Assembly (NCBI GenBank): GCA_002633005.1
Contig: NMRA01000741.1
Location: 1 to 64,000, forward strand
Length of the DNA stretch: 64,000 nt
Source of the DNA: Phoronis australis
Lineage: Eukaryota; Animalia; Phoronida
Direction of reading: 5' to 3'
Part shown: positions 48,520-62,300 of the stretch, piece by piece
How the letters are laid out: each line of letters starts with the position of its first letter
How positions within the stretch are numbered: the stretch's first letter is position 1
The notes under the pieces: model-generated
Seen by the model: the letters and a program-made list of their open reading frames with translations, nothing else
What the model was told of the DNA's origin: nothing
The model's database searches: none
Program-made: the position numbers and the translations under genes

Positions 48520-50263
48520 CCAAGAACTAGATAAAGTAGTCACTGCAGTGGATGGGATTTCCATAGTTGGACTGTCACATATTTTGTCTCAAGATATTTC
48601 CTCTAAATTGGTGTTTACTGATGTCAAGTTGTGCAGTTTGAGCCTGTGTCACTAAAACGTTTTGTGTATATTTTAGTCTTGGGGAGGATTGTTGAAATTG
48701 TTGTCCAACAGTGGAGGAGCCTGGAGCCTTCCATTCTTCGGGATGGAATGGGAATTTATGGCAAATTATAAAACGGTGAAAACCTGTGGGAAATAATTAA
48801 AAGCCCCGTTCAGTTTGTTAGTCATTTGAGATTGTATGTATTCAGTATAAAGTACTATATGTTTGCTTCTTGAGGTAAAAAATCATGGAAAGTGAAAATT
48901 GTATCCAGAATTAAATCTTAAGAAACTCATGTAAAGTGAAAGCAATATGAATGGGCACCAGGTTTTGTGCAAGACAACTCCATTGGAATCCAGAAAGCTT
49001 GAAATCTTCACCTTGCCACACCACTGAGCTTGACAAGGGTATCGGTGGCCATTCATTCCGGTGGATTTAGGATCCTATGTGTGACCTAGTGCAGTTGAGT
49101 TGACAAATACACATTGATGGAGGTCAACGCACAAAGCCGTGTGATAATTTAGCGTCATTGTCGGTGATGTGTTTAGAAAGAACACTTAAGTCAGAACATT
49201 AATGACAGCTTGTTTAAAGACTGCTTACAAATTGTTAAAATAGCCCACAGTCACTTTTAGGACACAAAATGCATTCTGGGAATTATTGTTAAATGTAGGA
49301 CTTCTTGAAGCTGTTATCTTTGACCTGGTAGCTGTTTCAAGGACAGTGGCTCAAGAAATGTGTTCCTTAATAAACACCTATTGCACACTTACTGTATAAA
49401 TATTATTAAAGCCGTTATTAGCACTTCAGAACCTAGAAACAACTGATAATATTATCCATGTAACTAGCGGTTATATGAGTATTTTCTCAGTGACTTCAGA
49501 AATAATTGTGTAACAACAGTTTTCCTACTGAGAATATAACTATCACAGAATTTTTTGTAACTTATACATTCTGGTCACATTTTCTTGATTTTTGTAATAA
49601 TTACTTGCACGTATTGTGAAAGTCTTCACCGTCATCCACTGAGCAAATTTGGAAATATGAGTTTAATCAATAAATTTTCATACTTCTAAATATATGCAAA
49701 GACTTCTTGTGTAAAAAATGAAATTCATCATTTTTGCAGAAACAAGGGTGCACGGGTTAGTTTTTATGAAGTCAGACTGATGCGACCATTAGTATGAAGT
49801 CCTCAGAGACATATTCGTAAGCAAAAGAGTATTTCAAGTTAAATTTAATTGTTAAATCCATTTATCGTTAGTATTTGTCACTTTTACTTTTATATCAACA
49901 CATAGGTTTCATTTCGCATTACTCATTTCTATTTATAGCCTCGGGGTTCTACTTTTATATTCATACATTTCTCTACTCCGCATCTGATTGGTCAGTCATT
50001 TATTCACTATAGTGTGGTCTGGGTCATTCAGCTACCTACCTCGTCGTCTACAAGACCTACGTTTATCCACTGTATTTATCAAGTAATTGCATTTTGTTTT
50101 CTCAAACAAGGGTTACTCAACCACAATGAAAAAGATGGCCGCGTGAATCCCCCGTTTTTTCATTGAGGTTTCTGAGGTGTTTTTGATGAATGGGCTTCAC
50201 AGTACCCGACGACACAGTATCGACTTCTGGAATAGTACAACTATGTGTGTATATGTGTGGGTG

Positions 50264-51050
50264 AAGTGGCGTAGCGAGATTTTTGGCACCCCCCGGTACA
50301 TCTGCCAGAGGCAATACAAGTTATAAACACTGCATTTTTTAAAACATGTTCTTAATATAAAACCTCTGGAGACAGAAAAAGTTCACAACAAAGAAACACG
50401 TTTACTGTGCAGGGCATAAAGTCATCTAATGTTCAAATGAGTCCATTTTACGAATCTTTCCCTCTGCGAATTTGTGGATGATGTCTTCAAAGTAAATGAA
50501 TTCAAATGCTTCTTTCACAATTGACAGACTGTCAAGACTCCTCCTTGTTCGAAGATCGTTTGCAAGTTGCCACAGAGACGGGTATGGTGAACAATATCTG
50601 CAACGCCGTTCTCAGATTTGCAGACAAATCCTTTCCATTTTGTGTGGTGGCCTTCTAAAGCTCATCTTATTGGTGTTGAAGGAATTTCTGTGTACTGCCG
50701 TTTCTTGAAAAACATTCGGCAACGATAATTTCTTCAGTAAATGAGTTGCCGCTTAAGTCCCCTTGAAATGCAGCACAGATCGGCAGAACGTTCAACAAGT
50801 CATCCGATTCCAAGCTACCGAACTGGGAGTTAGTGTTTGAGTCCAGTTTCTGCTTTCTTAAAGTTCAATTGCCAACGTGTCTACTGCAAGTTTCACCACG
50901 CTGACGATTCCATCTGTCACGAATAGTCCCACATTCTGCTGCTTCCTCCCTAGTTCTTAATGTTCTTACTGACGTATTGGACGAAAATTCTTCATACAAC
51001 TCGTTGACGATTTCTTCTGTCATTGATAGTCCCAAATCCGTTGCTTTCTC
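50264..51050 (-). mobile_element. decayed hAT transposon, C-terminal dimerisation domain fragment and terminus
   Basis: Minus strand ANLRTALQILFTIPVSVATCKRS and YFEDIIHKFAEGKIRK (hATC motifs); terminus-like AGTGGCGTAGCG at ~50265. Confidence 0.75.
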
Positions 51051-52379
51051 CCCAGGCGTGTTCGCTTTCGCCTCATATATACGATTTCAAGCTGCCAGTC
51101 ACGGATAGGTCCACAGCATGCAGCTCCTCACCTCCCGCCCCAGTTACTCGTGTTTCACTTTTGCATCTTACGTTGCTCTGTGTTCCTCTTGACTCGGAAG
51201 ACATAAAAGAGTCTCTTGACTGACATAAAGAGCTGATCTGAGCAAAAAATGAATGATAATTTGATTTCTTGATTTGCTCATTGAAGCCAATAGACAACTT
51301 GGGATAAATGACATGAAATCAGTTGAAAAAATACACTATAGTCTGAGCTAACATCTAAAGAACAACATTTTTAAACTTTTATAACTGGATAAAGATTTAA
51401 TAAATATGGATAACTTAAATGCTTTTTCACTGAATTCACAATCATCAATTTCATTATATTATCTTAACAATCTCCCTATACAGGTTGTTGTCTGACAGTC
51501 ATGCTGAACACAGAATGAGCACGACAGAATGATGTCAATATTTTCCATAATGTTACAGTTTTTAAAAAATCTTTAACAATACAGCAGACACTTATTTAGT
51601 ATAAAGTTTCTTCAGAACATATCGTCAGCACAAAAAATCGAGACATCCTGTTACTCAATCTTCAGGCTGGCCGGGAAACATGAAATGCTCAACTTCAAAC
51701 AAGAGAACATTTTGCCAACCACTTTTTACAATTGTATTTGCACATTTTTCATGATTTGTTCTGGGGCTCAATGGCGGATCCAGTGACTAAAATTTCAGAT
51801 TTTCCCCGAATACCATGTTCCAACAGCCACCCCGTTACTGTGGTGCAAGGCTTGTGTATTTTTATTTGTTCATGACGGCTCCCAACTTGTTCGATTCTAT
51901 AGCCCAAAAACAAGTTGGGAAGTTACCCCCGTAGCCAATATCTTACATGACTGATTAACTCCATTCTGACATTTATGGTTGGAGAGCCTGCGCTTTTTTG
52001 TTCGATATTTGCTCTAATCTCCGATCACATCGTATCTAGCCTGACTGGGCTGGGCTGATAAAAATGAAAGTTACGTTATAAGATATTTGAGCTTAAACCA
52101 ATAGCATTTCTGAATTCCTCGTCAAATGCTGATCATATTCCGTTTTTTGAATCACCAAAATCGCCCAACTACAACAGAATTTAAGACAATCTATTCTGTC
52201 CATACGGATTACCAACGCACTGGGTTTGACTGTGTTCTGAATACGCGTTCGGTAATAGCATGCAACCACCCTAGTTTCCTTTGAAGCCTGGGAGATAATT
52301 GGCGTGCTTGTTATCATACGGGACAAAAGACTGAGCTGGGCAGTTAACAAAAGAGCCAGATGTTATCGCACGTTCAGCA

Positions 52380-52900
52380 CCCCTCACGTCTGGAAAAGTT
52401 ACTGAACGACAGAACGCTGTAATGTAATAATTTGCCCTTTTTTGGCATGTATGTAACAGCAAACAATCATGTAGGAGGTAAAGGTAATTCTATCACTGAT
52501 TTCAACCTGAACATGTAGTAGCTGCTTCCGGCGTTAAATGTAGATGATGAGTCATCATAGAGCATCACGCAAGTGATCATGGAATAGAAATTTATTCCAA
52601 GTTCATGCAAGATTCCAAAGGATTCAGTGCCCTCTATGAGTTGATCAGGAAACTCAAATGTTGAAACTCTGGCAGGACTGTCCAACAGCAACTACAGAGC
52701 TTTGACCTTGCCTTTACCTTGAAAGCATTAACTGGGTCACCGTTCATGTGAAAATGTGTACACCAAGCAATGCTTGAACCTCGGCCACGGGTAAAATTGA
52801 TTGAACTTCAATCAATTATTCTGGATCGTTCTGAGATATTCCTGTTAATATATTGAGTGATGCAAAAATGCTTGCTGCATGGGCCAAATCCAAACCATCA
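52380..52900 (-). mobile_element. decayed Academ(X)-like transposase fragment (XPG/FEN1-like H3TH region)
   Basis: Frameshifted minus-strand peptides ALLGVHIFT..D.VNAF.GKGKVKAL and YYMFRLKS..E..LPPT...LLLH...RANY match the HAFTGCD..S.F.GKGK / LPPT..L..H..RA.YQ pattern of this family. Confidence 0.55.
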
Positions 52901-53087
52901 CATCCTCGTCCAGGGTTTTGAAATGATAGGCCTAACTGAAGCAAGAGTGACTACCTAGCTGCAGTGTAATGAGCGTGCACTAATAAATGCGTGTCCACCT
53001 TTTCATAATGAGATTCGGAGCACTCTGACCATCGATTGCTCCACCGTCGCTTACATGGTCATAACATGACCCAGACGTCTGTGGGTG

Positions 53088-53088
<1 letters not shown>

Positions 53089-53166
<78 letters not shown>
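53089..53166. repeat. (CA)39 microsatellite
   Basis: Read directly. Confidence 0.98.
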
Positions 53167-53170
<4 letters not shown>

Positions 53171-53487
53171 AACTCCATTGTCTTCAATTGTCTCAACACA
53201 CACACACGCACATATATGATTGTCCACAATTGTCTCAACAATGACACTTGTCCATTTGTTTATAAAAAGTCAACAAGGACCTCCTTGGTTTCACAACACT
53301 AAAGACAAACTTCTTGAAAGACTTTGCCGGAGTTTTCTGATCAGGCTGGGTAAATTATTTTGTCAGAGTTGTCAGCAAAAGTAAACCTTAAGAAAAATTA
53401 ACTTCACTTCCACCATTGAGTGTACAATATCACTGTCATCAAACAAAGCATGGTGAACTTTTGAGTATCTTTAACACTGAATGTTAA

Positions 53488-54772
53488 AGGCCAAAGCAAC
53501 CTTTTTTCAAGTCACTTTTAGGAAAAATTAGGTTCGTTGATTATCCCAGACACATTTTTCACTTAATTACAGCTTTTCGTAATTTGATTAATTTCTCGTC
53601 TTCTACTCCGGAAGTAACGTTTTGGAAGGCAACAGTTTCGCGCCAATTTCTTTTTATTATAGTCCGACTGTGAGAGCTGTCGAGTCAGTCATTGGTCTAC
53701 CTCGGTTGTGATAAGTTCGGTCGTCGTTTGCTGTTGTACTGGGATGTACTCATTATCGTCTCACACGCGCTTTAGGTACCTTGCGTCGCTTTCCGAAGGA
53801 TGACACACTTCGCCGTACTTGGCTAGCTCGTTCATGCGCTACCCGTCCACGCAACGTACAAAGCAGTGGAGGGTTACCGAGTGTGTGGCAAGCATTTTCT
53901 GCCGTTAGATTATGACAGATATGTACGCTGAATTGATGAAGGTCCCTGCGAAACAACGCCTGAAGATGGTACCATACCGTCGCTGTTGATTCCCGGCAGT
54001 GCCCCGTCGCCAACCCCGAGAAGTGCGTTTTTGAAGCGAGAAGCCTCGCGAGCTGTGGCAACTATATACAGTGACTGGAGGCACTTCATCTACTGTCACC
54101 CGTGCCTCCGAACGTACCCCATTGCGTGCAATTCCGGGAACTAGCAGTGATTCGCCCTGTCATTTTGTTGTCTCTAGACCAGAGCCTGTAAGCAGCCCTG
54201 CAGCGATGTTGAGTAGTGGGAGTGAATACAGGCCCAGTTCGACACCCAGTGAAGAGGACAGTTCGTCATCCAATGAACAGATGGGTTAGCCTAAGTTTGA
54301 TAAGTTTGTTGTGGACTTGTATTGGAGCTATTTGGAAGGTGCCAGGTGTGTGGGGAGGGAGTCACACGGTGGAATGTAAGCAGTTTGGGTGCTCAGATCA
54401 CCCTTCAGTGGGAGTGTGTTGCGGGACACTCGGGCAAGTGGGAAAGTTCTTCCTGTGTACGTGAGACGATAATGAGTACACTCCAGTGCGCAGCAACAGC
54501 GTGGCATGTTGATTGACTCGTAAGCGAAAGCAAACGATGACCGAACTTATCACAACCGAGGTAGAACAATGACTGACTCGACTGCTCTCACAGTCAGACT
54601 ATATGAAAAGAAATTGGCGCGAAATTCTTGCCTCCCAAAACGTCACTTCCGGAGTAGACGACGAGTAATTAATTAAATTACGAAAAACAGTAAATAACTG
54701 AAAAATATGTCTGGGATAATCAACGAACCTTATTTTTGCTAAAAGTGACATGAAAAAAGGTTGCCTTCGCCT
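53488..54772 (+). mobile_element. internally deleted Kolobok DNA transposon with ~245-bp TIRs, THAP remnant
   Basis: TTAA TSD (53484-53487, 54773-54776), AGG...CCT ends and long TIRs. Interior encodes frameshifted THAP (VLGC...FPKDDTLRRTW...RVCGKHF...GTIPSL) and LELFGRCQVC...G.QITLQWECVAGH...WES. Confidence 0.85.
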
Positions 54773-55728
54773 TTAATGCAGATGCATTAGTATTGCTCGC
54801 GTTATTTCTGGTGGCCGTTTGAGTCCACCATATATTTTTGTGTTTCATGATGGTCCTTCGTGCCACCGTAGTTTTTAGCACATCTCCTTTTAGACAACCA
54901 ATCACAGCGTTACAAGTGGCAATAGGCCTACCGCGATATTTAAGCTAAGTTTTTGTGCAAGATAGCAGTATGATCTCAGTATCGCATCATGTCGGCATCG
55001 CATCGCTGCACATCTTCTCCTTTGTAAGATTATCATTTTATCGTTCATTTATTGATTAGATTACGTATCCGGAGTCTAGTACAAGTCTGACCAAACTGCT
55101 CTCGGAACGACTTCTCTTACTCAGCTTGCGTATATTTCACAACTAATGTAGCCATTTGTGGCATTGTGCTGAACATTGTAGCCTACAGTATATAGTGTCT
55201 GTAGTGAATATTGCTTAGTTCATAGTATCGTTTCGTAGGCCTTTAAATTATGTATCTTTCTATTGTGTGTTATGATTTGTGTTTCTAGGCCAAATCACGT
55301 ACTAGGGTTCTATTTTGTTATCGTGAGATAACTTACCACCACCACCCCTATTCGTACTACCATTAGGCATTACTATCAATATCTAGAACGATCGAAGTGA
55401 AACAACGTAATTAAACGAACTAGGCGAGTTATTCAAGCCTTAGTTTTTTATTCCTAGTTGCACTCTGCGAGTAACGCTGCAATACACTTGACAAGAGATG
55501 TTGAAGCATAATTCTTAGGTTTTTTTCAAATAAAGCTCTTATCAGTCATATGTTTCAAAGTTGGAAGTTTTTATCTTTCCTTTTCTTTTTGTGGTTATCT
55601 GTAAGTTGCAACCAACCCAAATCGTTTTGCGGCAAATGGTGCATTTCGAAGGCCTTTTTCTTTGAGCATTGTTAAACGGAACTGACCATTTCATTTGTTT
55701 TCATTAGAGCGGAAAAACGGCCCAAGGC

Positions 55729-56976
55729 ATAATATTCATCGAGCGAGACGGTCACTTCCTCGGTTTACTAACTTATCAAGCTGGCGCCAGGTGGCTACTA
55801 CATCGTTTTGTTGCTTGACGGGTTAAAACTAATTGGCGCGAATCTGAGCAGATTTGCAGACGACATAAATTCGTGGCAAGAAATATTTGATAGTCCTCGA
55901 AGTTAGGAGAGTATCTCCCTTTCGCAGCATATTCAGAACATGTTAAGTACGAGATAAACTTGAATATGAGATTAAGCTTAACAGTAATGCCTCCTGAGTG
56001 AGAAAAAGACAACAAATTTAATATGTGACCTTTAGCCTACTACTTTTCTCGGTGCATGCATGGTTGTGATGACGTCGTGAACGGGTAAGACTGGCAGTTG
56101 GCTACAATTAGTGTACCTAAATAGCGGACGGACCTGAAATATTGGACGTTTTTATAAAATCTTACCTAAAGCGTAATCTGAGAAATAAGTGACGTCAATT
56201 TCCTTTCAATGTCTGACACCGTCTCGTTTTTTATAGCGTTGCTTCGTTTTGATTTCACCAAGGGCAAGAGAGGGTGCAATTTAGACACCCAAGTCGGCCG
56301 AAAAGNTAGACGTCTCTACGGTCCATGGAACAACAATGGCCGCCAGTGGCCGTCCAATAGGATTTCGCTAGGTGAAACGTCTCCCTCTAGACGGTCTCTG
56401 ATAATATTCATCGAGCGAGACGGTCACTTCCTCGGTTTACTAACTTATCAAGCTGGCGCCAGGTGGCTACTACATCGTTTTGTTGCTTGACGGGTTAAAA
56501 CTAATTGGCGCGAATCTAGCAGATTTGCAGACGACATAAATTCGTGGCAAGAAATATTTGATAGTCCTCGAAGTTAGGAGAGTACCTCCCTTTCGCAGCA
56601 TATTCAGAACATGTTAAGTACGAGATAAACTTGAATATGAGATTAAGCTTAACAGTAATGCCTCCTGAGTGAGAAAAAGACAGCAAATTTAATATGTGAC
56701 CTTTAGCCTACTACTTTTCTCGGTGCATGCATGGTTGTGATGACGTCGTGAACAGGTAAGACTGGCAATTGGCTACAATTAGTGTACCTAAATAGCGGAC
56801 GGACCTGAAATATTGGACGTTTTTATAAAATCTTACCTAAAGCGTAATCTGAGAAATAAGTGACGTCAATTTCCTTTCAATGTCTGACACCGTCTCGTTT
56901 TTTATAGCGTTGCTTCGTTTTGATTTCGCCAAGGGCAAGAGAGGGTGCAATTTAGACACCCAAGTCGGCCGAAAAG
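55729..56976. repeat. near-identical ~577-bp direct duplication (55729-56305, 56401-56976) with an N at the junction
   Basis: The copies differ at only a handful of positions and there is a single N at 56306; possibly an uncollapsed haplotype overlap. Confidence 0.85.
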
Positions 56977-57607
56977 GGACGATCGTATGAATCGGTTAAA
57001 AAGTCGAAACCAAGATCTTTCTTCAGAATGAAATCATCTCAATGAGCTGACAGGCTTCACTGTTTAGTTTTTCATTTGTTTTTAAACTCAAGTCAAAACC
57101 CGGACGCGCACGTGCTTGTGCCGTATCCAGAAGGCAGAGATACTAACGAAAACTGCAGTGAGAATGCATATGCCTTAGTCGTCTGTCATAAGATACATTT
57201 TATGGATAATGTTTTTGGAAACTTGGCTGTTTTCCAGCAGCAAATATAGCAAAACACACGAGCTGCAATTTGGCGACAAGTTGCCCGTGGCCATGGTTTG
57301 TCAGTTTTCTGCGGTGTGGCGCATGCGAAAACATGGTGTCCGATATTTACGTTCTCCAAGGGTTAACTAGTTGTATTTTTTAAAGATCAGTCAGATTATA
57401 AATATGACTTGCGGTGACAAGATATAGTAACAGAACAATTCCGCAAAGGTAAGTCTTTATTTCAGTGAAGAATTTACAACAACCCGTAGTATTTCGAAGT
57501 AAATATAATGCAAAATATGCCAAAACGTCCGATATTTAGGTCGACCGTAATGGGGTGACACGTTATATCCCATACATAGCAAAAGTATTTGTAAATGTTT
57601 TTAGATA

Positions 57608-58245
57608 ATGCCGCGGAAATATTTACGAACATCTACAAGAAATGCATCAATGCACGGGAAAGTGAGGACACGGAGAATGCAAAAGCGGCTGTGAGAAGGG
57701 GATAGTGGAGCTCCAGAACTGCTGCACGGCTTTTAGACTACGAGAACTACCGTAAAGCTTGGGTTTAGAGACCAAAATGTTCAGGCGAAAGGATCCTCCA
57801 AAGTTCTTGGTCGTTTTACAGTAAGTAATAAAAATAATTATGTTTTAATAGATTAATATTTATGTCAACTATGAGGCATGTTAAGTTTTTGACAAAGGGA
57901 AAATTGCATTTAAGTAGAACGACTTTTTTGTATGTTCTGTGAGTTTTTCATGTGCAGTGGCAGTTTTTCTAACAGCCATGGGGATATTGCACTTTCGTTA
58001 TGAGAGTCCATATGTCACATTTTGTGCAGATAAAGTGCGTATAATGAAATATGGTATAACATATTTTATAATTGTTTGTATTTTAGATAGCATAGTTTGT
58101 AATTGTATTTATTTCAGACCACCTTCACACCAGATACGTTGCTGAATTGGTGCAGCATGCACTGAGCCTAGAAGAGACCATGTCTGGCATTGTCGTTAAA
58201 GACATCCAACTTCTTGCTTATCAGCTGGCAGAGAAAAATGAAGGG
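57608..58245 (+). mobile_element. pogo/Fot1-like (Tc1-mariner) transposase N-terminal remnant with one intron
   Basis: MPRKYLRTS...AKAAVRRG*WSSRTAA (psq-type HTH), LGRF, GT-AG intron ~57822-58117, then ELVQHALSLE...GIVVKDIQLLAYQLAEKN (CENP-B-type HTH). Confidence 0.65.
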
Positions 58246-59039
58246 GGTACTGGGCTCAGCATTAGTAATGTTTCATTGATTAACTTGATTTTTCTTCGTT
58301 TAACTCCAATCATTCAACTTCCGTGACATCAGTTATTTCCTGTAACACTGTTTATGATCGATTTGTTCTGTTTCATCACAAAAATCTTAAAACTTTTCTT
58401 GCACTCAAATTCGACCCACGTGTTTATAAAATCAGTAATCTTGGTTGACTCAGATTATGTCTGCTAATTCCAGAAGCTCAGAATTGTGAATAGAATCCTT
58501 GACGTGAATTTAATAAGGGGCACAGCCAAATCTTGACAGTCTGTAGCCGTACCAATAAGACATGCAAAGTCAATTTATTTCAGCCTACCGCCTACATACA
58601 AGTATGAAAGTAGCTAATACAAGCACCTAATTAACAAAGTGATTAACATAATACAGACTATTAAATTAACTACGTACAATAAAAACTTGGTGAATGAAAC
58701 CACCTAAGTTGCAAGACTTCATCAAATAAATGAAGAGATCACCATCCAAGTTATTGATATTAGGACAAATACCAAATTTTCTCCTAAGATCTGCATACAC
58801 TGGACACTCTAATAAAACGTGTATATGCACTCATACAATAACTCATTTTCCCAGCAATATCAAAAGTGGCACAAATGAACTCCTGTTTGGTTTGAGAAGC
58901 ATAAAATGATTCAGGAAGCAAACATCTTAGAAATGACACGGACACAATACGTTCCTGTCATTTCATTGGCTGCACTGGCAGGCTAGTGGCTAGCAAAGTA
59001 TTTGAGGCTTGTTTTTTTCCAACTTTTAAACGAAGATTC

Positions 59040-59335
59040 TTACTAAGCTGCAAGTGCATTCTTGGGAACTGCTGAAATCGACTTTTGGACCTCTGGAGAA
59101 GGATTTCGTGTTGCCGCCCTGAAGTAGCCTGACAACCACGTTGCCAGCAATAGTAAAACACAATGCACACTTTTTCTACAGACTTACACGTTGGAGAAAC
59201 ATCCTTGAAATCTTCGTTTCTGTGATGGATTGAAGCACGATTTTTCAAACTGGGCTAAGCACAGCGTGGCCCCTGAACTGATCATTTGATCCACCGTGTA
59301 CTGCCAAACGTGCGACCAACGCACGATAGACATAG
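59040..59335 (-). pseudogene. possible DUF4806/BEN-like domain remnant
   Basis: Frameshifted peptides RALVARLAVHGGSN...AVLAQF...AATRN...EVQKSISAVPKNA resemble the LV..L...GG / E...I...LK.A pattern of DUF4806. Confidence 0.35.
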
Positions 59336-59344
59336 AGGTGCAAT

Positions 59345-62300
59345 TAAAGAAAAACAAAAATTTACGTTTTGAAAAAAGTGGTTCCGTGTTGGCTCATTAT
59401 CCGTTTGTGATATTGTTTCCCGACCCTTAGCTTTTTAAACGTTTTGTTGCCACTCCAGGAACAGACTCGGTGACAGATGACACTGGCAGTGATAACTTTT
59501 CGTTTCTACTGAAGAGTGAAGTTTAGCCTCGACTAGTCACCGACGCGAAATCCTGGGCGTCATTGTCAAACCCAAGCACTATGAAACTGGTGAGATATGT
59601 AAGCGGTCCTTATTGTCAACATATATCATGCACGACCCATTGTAGGGTCATGAGAACTAATTTTTATTCCAAGTGTGCAAACTCAACGATTTAAGACGGA
59701 TTTCGTATACATTGAACGGTAGCTGCGATGGAGACGATTCCCCACTTGAACTTCAGATGCCAGATGTGAGCACCATTTTTGGTCGGTCTCGATAGCTCTG
59801 TATCTGAAAATGATTGTTATGTGGTCCATTTTAGCACACAAAAAGTCAAACTTGTTCGACAAAGATGTCTCATCAAATAAGTATTATAAATTTACGTTTT
59901 GAACAGAAGTGGTTCCTGTTGGATCATTATTCGTTTGTGATACATTCTCCCGGCCTATTCTTTATCTGACTGTTATTTAGGTTTACAATTTTTATCACTC
60001 AGTCTGTGCTCTAGTCAACAGGATGCTCGTGGCCATAGTGAATACGATTGACAGAGTACATACCCGTTTTGATCTTTCTTCTATGTGGCGAAACACATTT
60101 AAATCCTCTTCAGCCGTCATGGGAAAGAGTGAGCAGCCACTTGACGACGACTTCTACCTTTTTCGGCACGGCCGAGAGCTCGAGTCTTTGGTTTTCTATG
60201 AGATGGGCGGCTCTTTAACCAAAACGCGAAAGAATGTCATTGCCAGACTTGGATCTGAGGTATTGCGGGAGGCAAAACTCGTTAAAATCTTGCTTAGGCT
60301 AAAGGCATCTGATTTTGTGCTGGTTCCATGTCACACCTGAACTTCCGGTCCCAGATGTAAAGTTTTTTCTTTTTCCTCATTATCCATAGGTTTGTATCTG
60401 AAAATGATTGTTATCTGGTTTAATTTCAGCACACAAAAAGATCACGCGCGGTTCACACACAATACCACCTCCAGCGAGACACAATATAGACTAGTTCCTA
60501 ACAAAAACTGAAGAGTTCCGATCTTTTCTTTCTCATGAAAACTAAAACTGAGGTCGAGTAACTTCTGGCCCACCCACTACTATACGGCATATATCTGCTG
60601 AGCGGGTGTCGGGCTTGCATCGTCCCATAGCCTCACCAATTGTCGATTATGTTGGGTCCAGAGAGAAAACTGGGTAGAAATGAAAAGGTTAGACAAAGAT
60701 GTCCAAGCACATATGTATTACAAATTTACGCTTTGAACAGAGGTGGTTCCTTGTTGGCTCTTTATCGGTTGATGATATGTTCTCCCTGCCCTTTATCTGA
60801 GTGTCTTTCAGCTTTAAAATTCTTCTGTCATCCCTGAAAGAGACTGCGTGACGGGTGACACTGGCAGTGATAACTTTGCTGGTCCACAGTCGTCATGGGA
60901 ATGAGTGAGCAGTCATTTGATGACGACCTCTACCTGTTCTTGTACAGCCGAGAGCTCCAGTCTTTCTTTTGACATGAGATGGGCGACTCTTTTACCAGTT
61001 CCATGCATGAATGTTATTTGCCAGACTCTGCTCTGAGGTCTTGAGGGAGGCAAGACTCGTTAAAATCTTGCCTAGGCTAAAGGCATCTGATTTTGTGCTG
61101 GTTGCATGTCACACCTGAACTTCCGGTCCCAGATGTAAAGTTTCTTCTTTTTCCTCATTATCCTTAGCTCTGTATACTATCTGGTTTAATTTCAGCACAC
61201 AAAAGGTCACGCTCGGCGACACACAATCTAGACTAAAGTTCCCATAGTAAAAACTGAACAGTTCCGATCTTTCTGTCTCGTGATTGGTCAGTAAAACTCA
61301 ATAATTGTCGATTAAGTTGGGTCAGAGAGAAAAACTTGGTAAAAAAGAAAAGTTTAGACAGAGCTCTCAAAGCACATGTCATTGACTATAACAAATTTAC
61401 GTTTTGAAAAGAAGTGGTTCCGTGTTAATTGGCTCTTTATCGGTTTATGATATTTTCTCCCTACCCTTTATCTGTCGGCTGAGTGTCTTAAAGCTTTACA
61501 ATTCTTTGTAATCCCCGGAAAACTTTGCTGATCCGCAGTCGTCATGGGAATGAGTGAGTAGCCATTCGAAGACGACCTCTACCTGTTCTTGTATGGCCGA
61601 GAGCTCCAGTTGTTGCTTTGGCATGAGATGGGCGACTCTTTTACCAATTCCATGCATGAATGTTATTGCCAGACTGGGCTCTGAGGTTTTGAGGGAGGCA
61701 AAATGCATCTGACTTTGTGCTCGTTGGATGTCCCACTTGAACGTCCGGTGCCAAACGTAAGCACCCTTCTTTCTGCTCTGTTTCAATGTCCCTGCATCTT
61801 AAAATGGTTATGTGATTAATTTCAGCACACAAAAAGGTCACGCTAGGTTCATCCACCACACCACCGGCGACACACAATATTGACTAAATTAGTTCCTAGC
61901 AGAAACTGAACAGTTCCAATCTTTCCTGTCTGATGATTGGTCACTAAAACTGCGGTCGAGTAATTTATGGCCCGGCCATTCACTACTATACGAGCGCATT
62001 ACTGCTGAGTGGGTGTCGGGGTCGCATCATCCCACAATCTCGATAACTCGATTAAGTTAGGCCCAGAGGGAAAAATTGGGTAAGAAAACAAAAGGTTAGA
62101 CAATTAAAGACGTCCAATCAAATAAGTATCAAATTTACGTTTTGGAAAGAAAAGTGGTTCCTGTTGGCTCTTTATCTGTTTGTGATACATTATCCATATC
62201 CTTTATCTGAGTGTCTTACCTCAGTTTGTGCTGTAGTCAAAAGGATGGTCGTGGCCATCATGAGTACAATGATTGTCATACTACATACCCGTTTTGATCT

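Noticed and set aside
52980-53302. VC/TH-repeat ORFs
   Set aside because: Artefacts of the (CA)n microsatellite.
55729-56976. 577-bp direct repeat that could be LTRs of a TRIM or a recent tandem duplication
   Set aside because: No TG...CA ends, PBS or PPT are evident, and a single N sits at the junction (56306). An assembly or haplotype overlap is the simpler explanation; long reads would decide.
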